Assembly (NCBI GenBank): GCA_031414535.1
Contig: JANNVQ010000041.1
Coordinates: 1 to 64,000, forward strand
Reading direction: 5' to 3'
Length of the DNA stretch: 64,000 bases
Source: Gemmatimonas sp.
Lineage (GTDB): Bacteria > Gemmatimonadota > Gemmatimonadetes > Gemmatimonadales > Gemmatimonadaceae
Shown here: positions 7,639 to 18,045 of the stretch, piece after piece
How the letters are laid out: each line of letters opens with the position of its first letter
How positions within the stretch are numbered: position 1 is the first letter of the stretch
The notes under the pieces: model-generated
The model's database searches: none
Told to the model about the DNA's origin: nothing
What the model saw: only the letters and a program-made list of their open reading frames with translations
Position numbers and translations under genes: made by a program

Positions 7639-10103
7639 CGGTCCAGGCCCACGCACTCGACGTCCTCGAATTCGCGCGACTGCTTGAGTATGTCGCGGGG
7701 CACGCGTCTACCAGTCCGGGCGCAGCACGCATTCGCGCGCTGCGCCCGACGCGCGTCGGTGGCACGCACTTGGACCGAGCGGAACGCTTAAGCGCGTTGC
7801 ACAGCGAGCACTCGCGTGTAGCAGCCATGCGCGCGATGGTCGTGGGTGAGAATCCGTTTCGCTGCGAAGCCATTCCTGATTTGGAAGTCGCCTTCCAACG
7901 CCTCCGCGTTGCGGGTGCGGCGTGGAATGGCGTTGAGCTACGCGGTGCGTTCACCCTGCTGCGTTCATCACGGCTGACGCAACTCGCGTTGCGCGACGAG
8001 GCGCGGCATCCCGCCGCGCGCGCGCCGCTGGCCGCGCTCGCGAATCGCTTGATTGCACTGCCGAGCATTGAAGCCCAGCTCGATCGCGTGCTCAATGAAG
8101 AAGGCGAGCTGAAGGATGACGCGTCGCCCGCGTTGCGTCGCATTCGCCGCGAGTTGCGCGCCTCCGAAGGCGAAATCGTGCGCCTGCTCGAGCGGCTGAT
8201 GGCCAAGCTTGAGCCGCATCATCGCGTGGACGATGCCTCCGTGACGCTGCGCAACGGGCGTTGGGTCATCCCTGTGCGTCGCGAAGGTCGCAGCGGTGTG
8301 GGCGGCATCGTCCACGACAGCTCGCAGTCAGGGCAGACGGTGTTCGTGGAACCGCCGGCGGCGGTTGAAGCGGGGAATCGTATTCGCGAGCTGGAATCCG
8401 AAGAGCGCACGGAATGCGAGCGCATTTTTCTGGAGCTCACGGATGTCCTTCGCCCCGAGCGAGATGCGCTCGCGGATGCGTGGGATGCGCTCGTGGCACT
8501 GGATTCGCTCTACGGCCGCGCACGCTACGCGCTCAGTGCCAAGTGCTCGGACGCCGAGATCGCGCCGGCGCGCGAGGGCTGGCACATCCGCGATGGCCGG
8601 CATCCGCTCTTGCTTGCCCAGGGCATTGCCGTGGTGTCATTTGATTTGGCCATGGAGCCGGCTGAGCGTACGCTCTTGGTGTCGGGCCCCAACACCGGCG
8701 GCAAGACCGTGCTGCTGAAGGCGCTGGCCCTGATAGCGCTGATGATGCAATGTGGCATTCCGGCGCCGGTCGCCGCGGAGAGCACGGTGCCGGTGTTTGA
8801 TGACGTTTTCGCCGACATCGGTGACGAACAGTCGCTCGAAGCCTCGCTCTCTACCTTCTCGGCGCATTTGAAGCACCTGAAGGAAATCATCGATCACGCG
8901 TCGGCCGATGCGCTCGTGCTGGTAGACGAATTGGGGTCGGGCACGGATCCGCTCGAAGGCGCGGCGCTCGGCGGCGCGATTCTCGAGGCGCTCACGCGGC
9001 GTGGAACGACAACCATCGCCACGACGCACCTCGGCGCACTCAAGGAGTTGGCGAGCGAAGTGCCGGGCGTGGTGAACGCGTCATTGCAGTTTGACGCCGA
9101 GCGCCTTGCGCCCACGTATCGCCTCATCAAGGGCATTCCGGGGCGCTCGTACGGATTGGCGATTGCACGGCGCTTGGCGATGAGTGAGGATGTGCTCACT
9201 CGTGCCGAGGAGCGCGTGCCACAGATGGAGCGCGATCTGACCGCGCTGCTCGCTGACGTCGAGGCGCGCGCCGAATCACTGGCTCGCCGCGAGAAGGCAG
9301 TGGCTGAGCAGCAGGATGATCTGCAGCGGCGTGCCGAGCGCGTGGGTGAGCGTGAGGCAACAATGAAGACTAAGGAGCGGGAGATTGAGCGCGCTTCGCG
9401 CGCGGAGTCGCGGCGCTACCTGCTTGAGGCCCGTCAAGAAGTCGAGCGGACCATTCAGCAGTTGAAGGCGGCGGGTGCCGCGAGCATTGACGAGACGGCC
9501 TCCAAGGCGAGGCGAACGTTAGAACAGCGCGCCAATACTGAGCGCGATGCGCTCGACGCGTTGGATGCCGCGGAACGCGCGGCGCAGGAGGCGCTGTGGA
9601 AGGCGCGCGTCGCGGCCGATGCGGCAGCTGCTCCCTCGCGTGACTCGCGCGGCGTGGCCATCGTGCCCGGTGACGCGGTTGAAGTATCCTCACTGGGCGG
9701 GAAGACGGGCAAGCTCATTGAGCGCCGCGGCGATGACGCGGTGGTGGCCGTGGGTGCGCTCAAGATGACTGTGCCGTTCTCGACGCTTCGGCGGCTATCG
9801 CAACGACACCTCAAGGAAGCCGCGGTGCCGCTGGCGATCATTGACGTACCCGAGGTGATGGCCAAGACCGAAGTGGACCTGCGAGGCATGCGCGTGCATG
9901 AGCTGGATGACGCGCTGGTGCAGGCCATTGACGCCGCACACCGCGCGGACCTGAACGCCCTGCGCATCATCCACGGCAAGGGGACGGGGGCGCTGCGCGA
10001 GCGCGTGAACCAGTTGCTCAAGGGCGACAAGCGCGTGAAGGCCTTCCGCATGGGCGCTTGGAACGAAGGAGGCGCCGGCGTGACGGTGGCGGAGCTCTCG
10101 TGA
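7635..10103 (+). CDS. mutS2: MutS2 endonuclease/ATPase with Smr domain
   Basis: SGPNTGGKT, ADIGDEQS, DELGSGTDP, TTH; coiled coil; C-terminal Smr (DLRGM, IIHGKGTG). Confidence 0.95.
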   Translation: MTVQAHALDVLEFARLLEYVAGHASTSPGAARIRALRPTRVGGTHLDRAERLSALHSEHSRVAAMRAMVVGENPFRCEAIPDLEVAFQRLRVAGAAWNGVELRGAFTLLRSSRLTQLALRDEARHPAARAPLAALANRLIALPSIEAQLDRVLNEEGELKDDASPALRRIRRELRASEGEIVRLLERLMAKLEPHHRVDDASVTLRNGRWVIPVRREGRSGVGGIVHDSSQSGQTVFVEPPAAVEAGNRIRELESEERTECERIFLELTDVLRPERDALADAWDALVALDSLYGRARYALSAKCSDAEIAPAREGWHIRDGRHPLLLAQGIAVVSFDLAMEPAERTLLVSGPNTGGKTVLLKALALIALMMQCGIPAPVAAESTVPVFDDVFADIGDEQSLEASLSTFSAHLKHLKEIIDHASADALVLVDELGSGTDPLEGAALGGAILEALTRRGTTTIATTHLGALKELASEVPGVVNASLQFDAERLAPTYRLIKGIPGRSYGLAIARRLAMSEDVLTRAEERVPQMERDLTALLADVEARAESLARREKAVAEQQDDLQRRAERVGEREATMKTKEREIERASRAESRRYLLEARQEVERTIQQLKAAGAASIDETASKARRTLEQRANTERDALDALDAAERAAQEALWKARVAADAAAAPSRDSRGVAIVPGDAVEVSSLGGKTGKLIERRGDDAVVAVGALKMTVPFSTLRRLSQRHLKEAAVPLAIIDVPEVMAKTEVDLRGMRVHELDDALVQAIDAAHRADLNALRIIHGKGTGALRERVNQLLKGDKRVKAFRMGAWNEGGAGVTVAELS

Positions 10104-12052
10104 TCGCCGACGAAGTGGTGGAGCAAGTATCCGCTGCGGCGGACATCGTGGCCATCATTGGCGAGCACGTGAAGCTCAAGAAGACGGGCAGCGTGTGGCG
10201 CGGGCCATGCCCCTTCCATCAGGGCACAAACTCCAACTTCTCGGTGCTGCCGCGCGGGGGCTACACCTGCTTCGTGTGCGGCGAGAAGGGCAGCGTGTTC
10301 ACCTTCGTGCAGAAGCGCTTAGGCATGAGCTTTGTGGAAGCCGTGAAATACGTCGGCGCCAAGAGCGGCATTGAAGTACCGGAGGTGCAGCGCAAGCGCG
10401 AAGGGCCGGACCCGCGCGAGCCCTTGTGGGAGTTGCATGGGATTGTGGCGGAGTATTTCCAGCGACAGTTGTGGGACGAACCCGCCGGCGAGCAGGCCCG
10501 TGCGTATCTCAAGAATCGCGACGTTTCGCGGGCCACTGGCGAGCGCTTCGGGCTCGGCTACGCGCCGCGGGATGTGAATGCGCTCCGCGCGTATCTCAAT
10601 GGACTCGGCATTCCCGAGGACCGAACGATTGCGGCGGGCTTGCTGGTACAGCGCGAAGAAGGTGGCGAGTTGCGCCCGCGGTTTCGCGACCGACTCATCT
10701 TCCCCATTCTCGAGCAGGGCGGCAAGACCGTGGGCTTCGGTGGCCGCCTGCTGGGGCCAGGCGAGCCGAAGTATCTCAACTCCGGCGAGAGCGACATCTT
10801 TTCCAAGGGGAAGATTCTCTACAATCTCGGCAATGCGCGCAATGCCATTCGTCGCGAAGATCGCGTGATTGTGGTTGAGGGCTACTTCGATGCCTTGCGC
10901 TTGGTGGAGAGCGGAGTGGAGCACGTGGTGGCGCCGATGGGCACCGCACTCGCCGACGGACAGGCCGACTTGTTGGGGCGCTTCACCAAGCATGCGGTGC
11001 TGCTCTACGATTCGGACGGGCCGGGGCAGAAGGCGACGTTTCGCGCGGCTGACATCCTGCTTGCGAAGGGCTTCGAGGTGCGCGTCGTGACGTTGCCGGA
11101 AGGCGAGGATCCGGACACCTTCGTGCGGGCCAAAGGCCGCGGCGGGATTGAGTCGCTGATTGACGACGCGATGGATGTGTTTGACCGCAAGGTGCAACTG
11201 TTGCAGCGCGCCGGCTGGTTCAATGACCTTCAGCATAAGCGTCGTGCGCTCGACCGTCTGTTGCCGACGATTCGCGCGGCGAGCGATCCGATCACGCGCG
11301 ATCTGTACCTGGCGCGTGCCGCCGACGCGGCGGGCATTGCGCGCGAGGTGCTGCTGAGTGAATTGCACACCGTGCGCCGCGGTACGCGGACGACTGGACG
11401 GCCGAACGTAGCGGATGCTCAGGGTTCATCGCGTCGCCTGAGCGGGGCGGCAACTGGCGCGCATGATGCAGACCGTGACCCGGACGCACCTGCGCCCAGC
11501 GACGAGCCCACAGCGTTCGTGCCCAACGGCCCGTATAAGTCGCAGGTGGCGCAGGGCAACGCCGAGCAGGTGCTGCTCCGTGTTCTCCTCACGCAGACCG
11601 TGTGGCAGGACTATATCGCCGAGGAATTGGGCAAGATTGAGATGGAAGAGATGCCCGAGGGAAACTCCGAGCATGGCGACGCGTTTGGAGAGGACCAAGG
11701 CGGCGCGCTTCGCGATCCGGTGTACGCGGCGATCTATGCCGCCGCCACGCGGCACGGCGCCGACGCCGCTCCGGAGACGCTGACGGCATCGCTCGAGCCC
11801 CTAGAGATATACGTCTACGAGACCCTGCGCGGCGAAGCGGATGCGGTGGTGGACGCCAAGCAGAGCATCGCCGATGCGCTCCGGCAGTTACGCGGGCGCT
11901 CCCTCGATGCCCGCGTGGCCGAACTCACGTCTATTCTTCCGTTAGCCGATAGTCAGGAGAAGGACCGCATCAATGTGAAAATCAAGCAACTCACCGACGA
12001 AAAGCGCGCCATCGGCGCGACCCGTTGGGGTGCCACCAGATCTCGTCGTTAG
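10100..12052 (+). CDS. dnaG: DNA primase
   Basis: CPFH...CFVC zinc finger, FRDRLIFPI, PKYLNS, VVEGYFD, TOPRIM D.D; GTG start overlapping the mutS2 stop. Confidence 0.97.
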   Translation: MIADEVVEQVSAAADIVAIIGEHVKLKKTGSVWRGPCPFHQGTNSNFSVLPRGGYTCFVCGEKGSVFTFVQKRLGMSFVEAVKYVGAKSGIEVPEVQRKREGPDPREPLWELHGIVAEYFQRQLWDEPAGEQARAYLKNRDVSRATGERFGLGYAPRDVNALRAYLNGLGIPEDRTIAAGLLVQREEGGELRPRFRDRLIFPILEQGGKTVGFGGRLLGPGEPKYLNSGESDIFSKGKILYNLGNARNAIRREDRVIVVEGYFDALRLVESGVEHVVAPMGTALADGQADLLGRFTKHAVLLYDSDGPGQKATFRAADILLAKGFEVRVVTLPEGEDPDTFVRAKGRGGIESLIDDAMDVFDRKVQLLQRAGWFNDLQHKRRALDRLLPTIRAASDPITRDLYLARAADAAGIAREVLLSELHTVRRGTRTTGRPNVADAQGSSRRLSGAATGAHDADRDPDAPAPSDEPTAFVPNGPYKSQVAQGNAEQVLLRVLLTQTVWQDYIAEELGKIEMEEMPEGNSEHGDAFGEDQGGALRDPVYAAIYAAATRHGADAAPETLTASLEPLEIYVYETLRGEADAVVDAKQSIADALRQLRGRSLDARVAELTSILPLADSQEKDRINVKIKQLTDEKRAIGATRWGATRSRR

Positions 12053-12068
12053 CTTTCATTCGCCTGCA

Positions 12069-12092
12069 GCATCCGTCATCCGTCATCCGTCC
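12069..12092 (-). repeat. Heptamer element copy (reverse)
   Basis: GCATCCGTCATCCGTCATCCGTCC, ending 7 nt before ATG 12100. Confidence 0.9.
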
Positions 12093-12099
12093 CCAGACA

Positions 12100-12801
12100 A
12101 TGTCTGACATCCAGTCTCTGCTCGCCCTACAGTCCGACGACCTCGTCATCCACGAGATCGAAACCAAACTCGCCGCGCTGCAGCCGCGCATTGCCGAGCT
12201 CGACGCGCGCAAGAGACGCCTCGCCGAGGGTATGGAGCGCCAGCAGACCCTGGTGACCGCGGAGGAGAAGAAGCAGGCCTTCCTGCGCGACAAGATTGCC
12301 GAGCACCGCGCACTCATTGACCGCAATCAGGCCCAACTCGATGCCGTGACGAATATGCGGCAGGCCACCGCGGCCGCATCACAGATGGAGCAGGCCAAGA
12401 AGATCGTGGCCGGCGAAGAGAGCGACCTGTTGTCCCTCAACCGCCGCCTCGAGGAAATGCGCGGCGGGCTGAAGGCAGTGAAGGACGATCTCGCGGCGCT
12501 TGAAGCCGAGCAGGCGACGGCGCGAAGCGAAGTGGCGGAGCAACGCGCATCGTTCGAGACTGAACTCACCGCCGCCACCGCCACTCGCGCCGAGACGGCG
12601 AAAGCCGTGCCAGCCGACCTCCGCACTCGCTACGACCGCATCCGCAGCAAAAAGCGCGTGACCGTGGTGGTGGCCCTCAACGGTCTCTCCTGCGGCGCCT
12701 GCGATACGGCGATCCCCATGCAGCGCCGTCATTCGATGCTGGCGACCAAGGCGATTGAGCTGTGTGAGGTCTGCGGCGTGTTGATGTACAACCAGGTTTG
12801 A
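12100..12801 (+). CDS. Coiled-coil protein with C4 zinc ribbon (CT398/DUF164-like)
   Basis: LLALQ..D N-terminus, long coiled coil, Y.RIR, CGAC...CEVCG. Confidence 0.85.
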   Translation: MSDIQSLLALQSDDLVIHEIETKLAALQPRIAELDARKRRLAEGMERQQTLVTAEEKKQAFLRDKIAEHRALIDRNQAQLDAVTNMRQATAAASQMEQAKKIVAGEESDLLSLNRRLEEMRGGLKAVKDDLAALEAEQATARSEVAEQRASFETELTAATATRAETAKAVPADLRTRYDRIRSKKRVTVVVALNGLSCGACDTAIPMQRRHSMLATKAIELCEVCGVLMYNQV

Positions 12802-12808
12802 GCAAGGC

Positions 12809-14626
12809 GTGAGTCGGACGCGCCCCGCGGCGCGCTGGCAGCAGGCCCCGGCGGTGGACCCGGCGGTGGTCACCGAGCTCAGCGCCGGATTGCGCGGCCT
12901 CACCGACCGCGCAGGGAAGCCCGCGCTTCCGAGTGCCTTGGTGCGCCTGCTCGCGGTGCGCGGGATGCGGGCCGTGGACGAAGCGGCACGGTATCTCAAG
13001 CCGCAGCGGGAGAACCTCACGCCCCCCGAGGCGCTGACGGACCTAAGACGCGCGGCTGAACGGCTGGCGGCAGCGGTGCGCGCGCGTGAGCCCATCATGG
13101 TGCACGGCGACTATGATGTAGACGGCATCTGCTCTACGTCGCTACTCACTCGGATTCTGCGCGCGCTCGGTGCAGACGTGACGCCGTTCATTCCCGATCG
13201 CAAAGCGGACGGCTACGATCTGGGGCCGGCGGGCGTGAAGAAGGCGTTGGAGATCAAGGCGCGCGTCGTGCTTACCTGCGACTGTGGCACCACCGCCCTC
13301 CAACCGGCGCGCGATCTGCGGGCGGCCGGTGTGGACCTCATCATCACGGATCATCATCGGCTGGCGGCCGAGGTGCCCGTCGCCTACGCGATCGTGAATC
13401 CGCAGCGTGAAGTGGACGTAGACACGCGTGCGGATCGCCACATGGCCGCCGTGGGCGTCGCCTGGAAGCTGGCCCTCGTCGTCACGGAATTGCTCGCGGC
13501 CGAGCGGAGCGAGGCCGAGCACGCGGAACTGCGCGCGATTGTGGACGATCAACTCGAACTCGTCGCGCTCGCGACCGTCGCGGATGTCGCGCCGCTTGTC
13601 GGTGACAACCGCATTATGGTGGCCGAGGGGCTGAAGAAGATGTCAACGCCGCCAAAGCCTGGCGCTCAAGATCGCCGCAACCTCGGGCTGCGCGCCCTCA
13701 TCCGCTCCGCGAGCTTGGATGAGAAGCGGCTCACCGCTGGACGACTCGGTTTCGTCGTCGCTCCGCGCCTGAACGCCCTCGGCCGCATCCGGCAGGCGCT
13801 CACGGGCGTTGAATTGTTGCTCGCGAGCGACGAAAGCCGCGCCATGGACCTCGCGGCGGAATGCAATCGGGCCAACGATGAGCGCCAACAGTTGGATCGC
13901 GACATTCTCGAGCAGGCGCAGGCATTGCTGGAGGGTCGTGATTTGTCTGCCGCGCGCGGTCTGGTATTGCACGGCGAAGGCTGGGAGCCCGGCGTGATTG
14001 GCATCGTGGCCTCCCGCGTGGTCGAAATGACGCATCGGCCCACCTTCATGATTGCGGTGGGCACTGATGGTGGTGTGCGCATCGGCAAGGGCTCGGGGCG
14101 TTCGATTCCGGGGTTCGACTTGCACGCGGCACTCACGGCCTGCGGCGACCTGCTGCAGAAATACGGCGGACACAAGGCGGCGGCGGGGCTCACCATTGAT
14201 GCCAATCGCATTGCGGAGTTCGCGGAGCGCTTCAATGCGGTTGCTGCCGCGGCGCTCACGGATGAGCAACTGATTCCCGAATTGCGCCCAGACCTTGAAC
14301 TCCCCATTGACGCCGCCAACGAAGCCCTGCTCGGCGCCATTCGGTTCATGGAGCCATTTGGCATTGGCAACGCCGGCCCCGTGCTGCTCTCGCGCGGTGT
14401 CCCGCTGCGTGGTGGCGCTCGCAAAGTGGGTAGTGACGGACTGAAGCTCGAATTCATCACCGAGGGCGGCCCCCGCGAGGCCCTCGGGTGGGGCATGGCG
14501 GCGCGGTCGGCGGAGATTCCCCGCGATGGCACGGTGGACGTGGTGTACCGACTCGAGATGAATGAGTTTCGCGGCGCACGCACGTTGCAGGCCTCCTTGC
14601 TCGACCTGAGGCCGAGCAGTGTCTGA
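12809..14626 (+). CDS. recJ: ssDNA-specific exonuclease RecJ
   Basis: GDYDVDG, TCDCG, ITDHH, ATVAD, PRLNALGR, GSGRS, GGHKAAAG. Confidence 0.97.
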   Translation: MSRTRPAARWQQAPAVDPAVVTELSAGLRGLTDRAGKPALPSALVRLLAVRGMRAVDEAARYLKPQRENLTPPEALTDLRRAAERLAAAVRAREPIMVHGDYDVDGICSTSLLTRILRALGADVTPFIPDRKADGYDLGPAGVKKALEIKARVVLTCDCGTTALQPARDLRAAGVDLIITDHHRLAAEVPVAYAIVNPQREVDVDTRADRHMAAVGVAWKLALVVTELLAAERSEAEHAELRAIVDDQLELVALATVADVAPLVGDNRIMVAEGLKKMSTPPKPGAQDRRNLGLRALIRSASLDEKRLTAGRLGFVVAPRLNALGRIRQALTGVELLLASDESRAMDLAAECNRANDERQQLDRDILEQAQALLEGRDLSAARGLVLHGEGWEPGVIGIVASRVVEMTHRPTFMIAVGTDGGVRIGKGSGRSIPGFDLHAALTACGDLLQKYGGHKAAAGLTIDANRIAEFAERFNAVAAAALTDEQLIPELRPDLELPIDAANEALLGAIRFMEPFGIGNAGPVLLSRGVPLRGGARKVGSDGLKLEFITEGGPREALGWGMAARSAEIPRDGTVDVVYRLEMNEFRGARTLQASLLDLRPSSV

Positions 14627-15170
14627 AGTGCGCATCATTGCCGGCCAGTATCGCGGCCGCCGCATTGCCGTGCCCGCCGCCGGCGTGCGTCCCACGGCCG
14701 ATCGCGTGCGCGAGGCCTGGATGAGCATCATCCAGATGAACATCCCGGACGCCCGGTGCTTGGACCTCTGCTCGGGCAGCGGCGCGCTGGGCCTCGAACT
14801 CTTAAGCCGCGGCGCCGAGCACGTCGACTTCGTGGAAAAGGACCCCGAGGTGCAGAAAGTGCTGGAGGCCAACATCGTCACCTTGGGCGCCACAGACCGC
14901 GCCACGGTCCACAAGAGCAGCGCCGAGAAGTTCGTAGAACAGCTTCCGTCATCCGTCATCCGTCCATTTGATCTTGCCGTCACCGACCCCCCCTACAACA
15001 AAGACATCGCCAGTTCTCTCGCCCACTACTGGCTCAAAGCGCCGTTCTCGACAATCTTTTGCTTAGAGCACGAAGCGTGGATTTCGCTGCCGGAGCCGGC
15101 AGAGGACGCCAGCGTTGACCGACGCCGTTACGGCGACACCGCCCTTACCATCTACCGTCTCAAGCACTGA
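14619..15170 (+). CDS. rsmD: 16S rRNA m2G966 methyltransferase RsmD
   Basis: RIIAG, RPT.DRVRE, LDLCSGSGALG.E.LSRGA, DPPY; sits upstream of coaD. Confidence 0.93.
   Translation: MSEVRIIAGQYRGRRIAVPAAGVRPTADRVREAWMSIIQMNIPDARCLDLCSGSGALGLELLSRGAEHVDFVEKDPEVQKVLEANIVTLGATDRATVHKSSAEKFVEQLPSSVIRPFDLAVTDPPYNKDIASSLAHYWLKAPFSTIFCLEHEAWISLPEPAEDASVDRRRYGDTALTIYRLKH
14942..14965 (-). repeat. Heptamer element copy inside rsmD, frame preserved
   Basis: GCTTCCGTCATCCGTCATCCGTCC, read as LPSSVIRP. Confidence 0.85.
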
Positions 15171-15646
15171 TGCCGCAGACCGCCCTGTACGCAGGCAGCT
15201 TTGACCCCATCACCAACGGGCACACCGACCTCATCAAGCGGTCGCTGCAGTTTGTGGACCATCTCGTGGTGGGTGTTGCGGTGAACGTGTCCAAGCAACC
15301 GCTGTTCAGCGACGAGGAGCGTGTGGCGCTGATCAAGCAGGCGCTTGACGACGATGCGCGGGTGGAGGTGCTGGCCTTCCGCGGCTTGGTGGTGGAGTTC
15401 GCGCAGAAGGTTGGCGCCAAGGTGATTCTCCGCGGTCTGCGCGCGGTGGCGGACTTTGAGTACGAATACCAAATGGCGCTGATGAACCGGCACTTGGCAC
15501 CGAACCTCGAAACGATGTTCATGGTGCCCTCGCTGGAGGTCAGCTACCTGAGTTCCTCGCTGGTCCGCGAAGTGGCTCGCTTCGGCGGCGACATTGAAAA
15601 GCTCGTGCATCCAGCCGTCGCGCAGGCATTGCGCGGCAAGTTCTGA
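15170..15646 (+). CDS. coaD: Phosphopantetheine adenylyltransferase
   Basis: GSFDPITNGH, RGLRAVADFEYE, SSSLVRE. Confidence 0.98.
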   Translation: MPQTALYAGSFDPITNGHTDLIKRSLQFVDHLVVGVAVNVSKQPLFSDEERVALIKQALDDDARVEVLAFRGLVVEFAQKVGAKVILRGLRAVADFEYEYQMALMNRHLAPNLETMFMVPSLEVSYLSSSLVREVARFGGDIEKLVHPAVAQALRGKF

Positions 15647-15682
15647 CGGTATCTTTCTCACTCCACCCCATCGCGAGTCGTT

Positions 15683-16015
15683 ATGCCCCTGCATGTGTCA
15701 CGCCAAGGCGATGTTGTCATCGTCGAGATCGAGGGTCAGCTCATCGTGAGCAACCGCCAGGAGCTCAAGCAGCGCGTGCTTGACGAGGCGGAGACGGGTG
15801 GCCGCAAGATTCTCGTGGACTTCTCGCGCACCGGCTACATCGACTCGGCCGGACTCGGCGTGCTCGTGTCGCTGGCTAAGCGCCTGCGCGAACTCGGCGG
15901 CGACATCCGTCTCGCGAATCTCAACGATGACCTGCAGACCCTGTTCGAGCTGACCAAGCTCGATACGCTGTTCCAGATTGCCGACAGCAAAGAGCGCGCG
16001 CTCGAGACGTTCTAA
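15683..16015 (+). CDS. STAS-domain anti-sigma-factor antagonist
   Basis: 110 aa, YIDSAGLGVL phosphoacceptor motif (RsbV/SpoIIAA type). Confidence 0.92.
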   Translation: MPLHVSRQGDVVIVEIEGQLIVSNRQELKQRVLDEAETGGRKILVDFSRTGYIDSAGLGVLVSLAKRLRELGGDIRLANLNDDLQTLFELTKLDTLFQIADSKERALETF

Positions 16016-16447
16016 ATGGCGGGACTGCGTACGCTAGATCTGCGCATCCCGAGCGAGTTGCAGCACATCGAAGGCGTCGTGGCGGCCGTGGTGCATCGTT
16101 GCGCCGGCCACGCCTTTGATGATCGCCAGCTGGCGCTGAATCTCCCGGTGGCGCTCACCGAGGCGCTGTCCAACGCCATCCTGCGCGGAAACGGCGAAGA
16201 CTCGGCCAAGGAAGTGCGCGTGCGCGTGGAGCTCACCGACGATGCCGTCATCGTGGAAGTGGAAGATGACGGGCAGGGATTTGATCTCGACGCCTGCACG
16301 GAAGATCCCACCACGCCTGAGAACATCGAGCGTGAGGATGGGCGAGGGCTGTTCTTGATGCGCGCGCTGGTGGACCGCGTGGAGAACTTCCGCGGGGCGG
16401 GGAACGTGGTGCGTTTGACGCTGCGCCGTCCGGGCCACGCGGCGTGA
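16016..16447 (+). CDS. Anti-sigma factor / Ser kinase (RsbW/SpoIIAB-like HATPase)
   Basis: EALSNAI, VEDDGQGFD, GRGLFLM. Confidence 0.9.
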   Translation: MAGLRTLDLRIPSELQHIEGVVAAVVHRCAGHAFDDRQLALNLPVALTEALSNAILRGNGEDSAKEVRVRVELTDDAVIVEVEDDGQGFDLDACTEDPTTPENIEREDGRGLFLMRALVDRVENFRGAGNVVRLTLRRPGHAA

Positions 16448-18045
16448 GCGACTTCGGCAAGGCGCTCTCGGCGTTTTCCGAAGCGTACGGCTGCGGAGCC
16501 ACGCTGTGGACCCAGTCGGCGCCGGGTGCGACGATTGAAGTCACCGCGACATCCGGTGGCGACGTGACGCCGCCCGATGGCTTTGCCCGCATTGAAGGTC
16601 CGGAGCCCGTGCCGCGCGACACGGCGCTGGGCCTGCAACTCGTGGTGCGCATCCCAGGACGTACGCGGGCCTGGCTGGGCATTGGCCCCGTAGCCGACGA
16701 CGACGTGGATGTGCGGAAGTGGCTGCGCGTGCTGGTGCCGGTGTTCTCCGAGATGCTGCAGGCCCACTGGGAGTCCAGCCACGCGGCGGACGAACTGATG
16801 GAGCGCTACGAGGAGATCAATCTTCTCTATTCCATCAGCGAAATTCTCGGGCGCACCGTCACGCTGGAGGAAGCCGCCAAGACGATCCTGCTCGAAGTCT
16901 CGGATACGGTGGGCGCAGACTATGGTGCGTTGCTCGTGCACGACGCCGCATCGGGACTGCTGCGGCCCGTGACCTCGCTACGCGCACCCAATGCGCCACC
17001 GGCGCTGCCGATTCCCACGGATGATCCCATTGCGGTGTCGGCGCGCGTCTTCCGCACGCGGCACGCGCTCTTGGTGAATGCCGGCGTGCTCGAGAGTCTG
17101 CTCGAAGCGCCGTTTCGCTCCGGGTCCATGCTCTCGGTGCCCATCACCTGGACCACGCCAGAGGGTGGAATCCCGCTCGGCGTGGTGTGCTTGAGCGGAC
17201 GTCGCAGCGGAGAGAATTTCACCGCCGGTGACGAGAAGCTCGTGGCGGCCGTGGGCTCGCAGATTGGCACTGCCATTCAGAACGCGAGGCTCGTACGGGC
17301 CACGATTGATCAAGAACGTCTGCAGGGTGAGATGCGCCTCGCGCACGACCTACAGATGAAACTGCTGCCATCGGGCGAGGTGGTGGCGCCCGACGCGCTC
17401 TGCGCCGTGCGCGTGGAGCCGGCCGAAGGTGTGGGCGGGGATTTTTACAATCTCTTCCAGCTCGGCAACGGTCGTATTGGCGTATTGGTGGGCGATGTGT
17501 CGAGTCACGGCTACCGCGCCGCCTTGATCATGGCGCTCGTGATGAGCGCGAGTGCCATCCATGCGCAGACCACGGCGGACCCCGCGGAGACCGTGACTGC
17601 ACTGTTCGCCACGCTCGACGAGGAACTGCGCGAGACGGAGATGTTTCTCTCGCTCTGCTACTGCGTGGTGGACCGTGAGGCGCGCAGCATTCGCTGGACC
17701 AACACCGGGCACCCCCACGCCTTCGTGATTGGCGCCGATGGCGTTCCTGTGCGACTCGCCGCCACCGATCCGCCGCTCGGCCTGGGACCTGAAGAGTTGC
17801 ACGTGAGCGAGCGGGCCTGGGATCCAGCACATGATTTGTTGGCATTGTTCACCGACGGCGTGTGCGACGCACGCAATCCGCGTGGCGAGGCGCTGGGCGA
17901 GGCCGCCGTCCTCGAGGTCCTCCGTGCACGGCGCAAGGAAGTGCCCTCGCGCATTGTGGATGGCGTGTTTGCGATGGTGGAAGGACATATGGGACGCGCC
18001 AAGCCACACGACGACCAAGCCGTGGTGATTATGAGGCTCGCGTGA
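16444..18045 (+). CDS. GAF plus PP2C (SpoIIE/RsbU-like) phosphatase
   Basis: GAF ending in AIQNARL; VGGDFY, GDVSSHG, FTDG, DDQA. Confidence 0.92.
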   Translation: MSDFGKALSAFSEAYGCGATLWTQSAPGATIEVTATSGGDVTPPDGFARIEGPEPVPRDTALGLQLVVRIPGRTRAWLGIGPVADDDVDVRKWLRVLVPVFSEMLQAHWESSHAADELMERYEEINLLYSISEILGRTVTLEEAAKTILLEVSDTVGADYGALLVHDAASGLLRPVTSLRAPNAPPALPIPTDDPIAVSARVFRTRHALLVNAGVLESLLEAPFRSGSMLSVPITWTTPEGGIPLGVVCLSGRRSGENFTAGDEKLVAAVGSQIGTAIQNARLVRATIDQERLQGEMRLAHDLQMKLLPSGEVVAPDALCAVRVEPAEGVGGDFYNLFQLGNGRIGVLVGDVSSHGYRAALIMALVMSASAIHAQTTADPAETVTALFATLDEELRETEMFLSLCYCVVDREARSIRWTNTGHPHAFVIGADGVPVRLAATDPPLGLGPEELHVSERAWDPAHDLLALFTDGVCDARNPRGEALGEAAVLEVLRARRKEVPSRIVDGVFAMVEGHMGRAKPHDDQAVVIMRLA

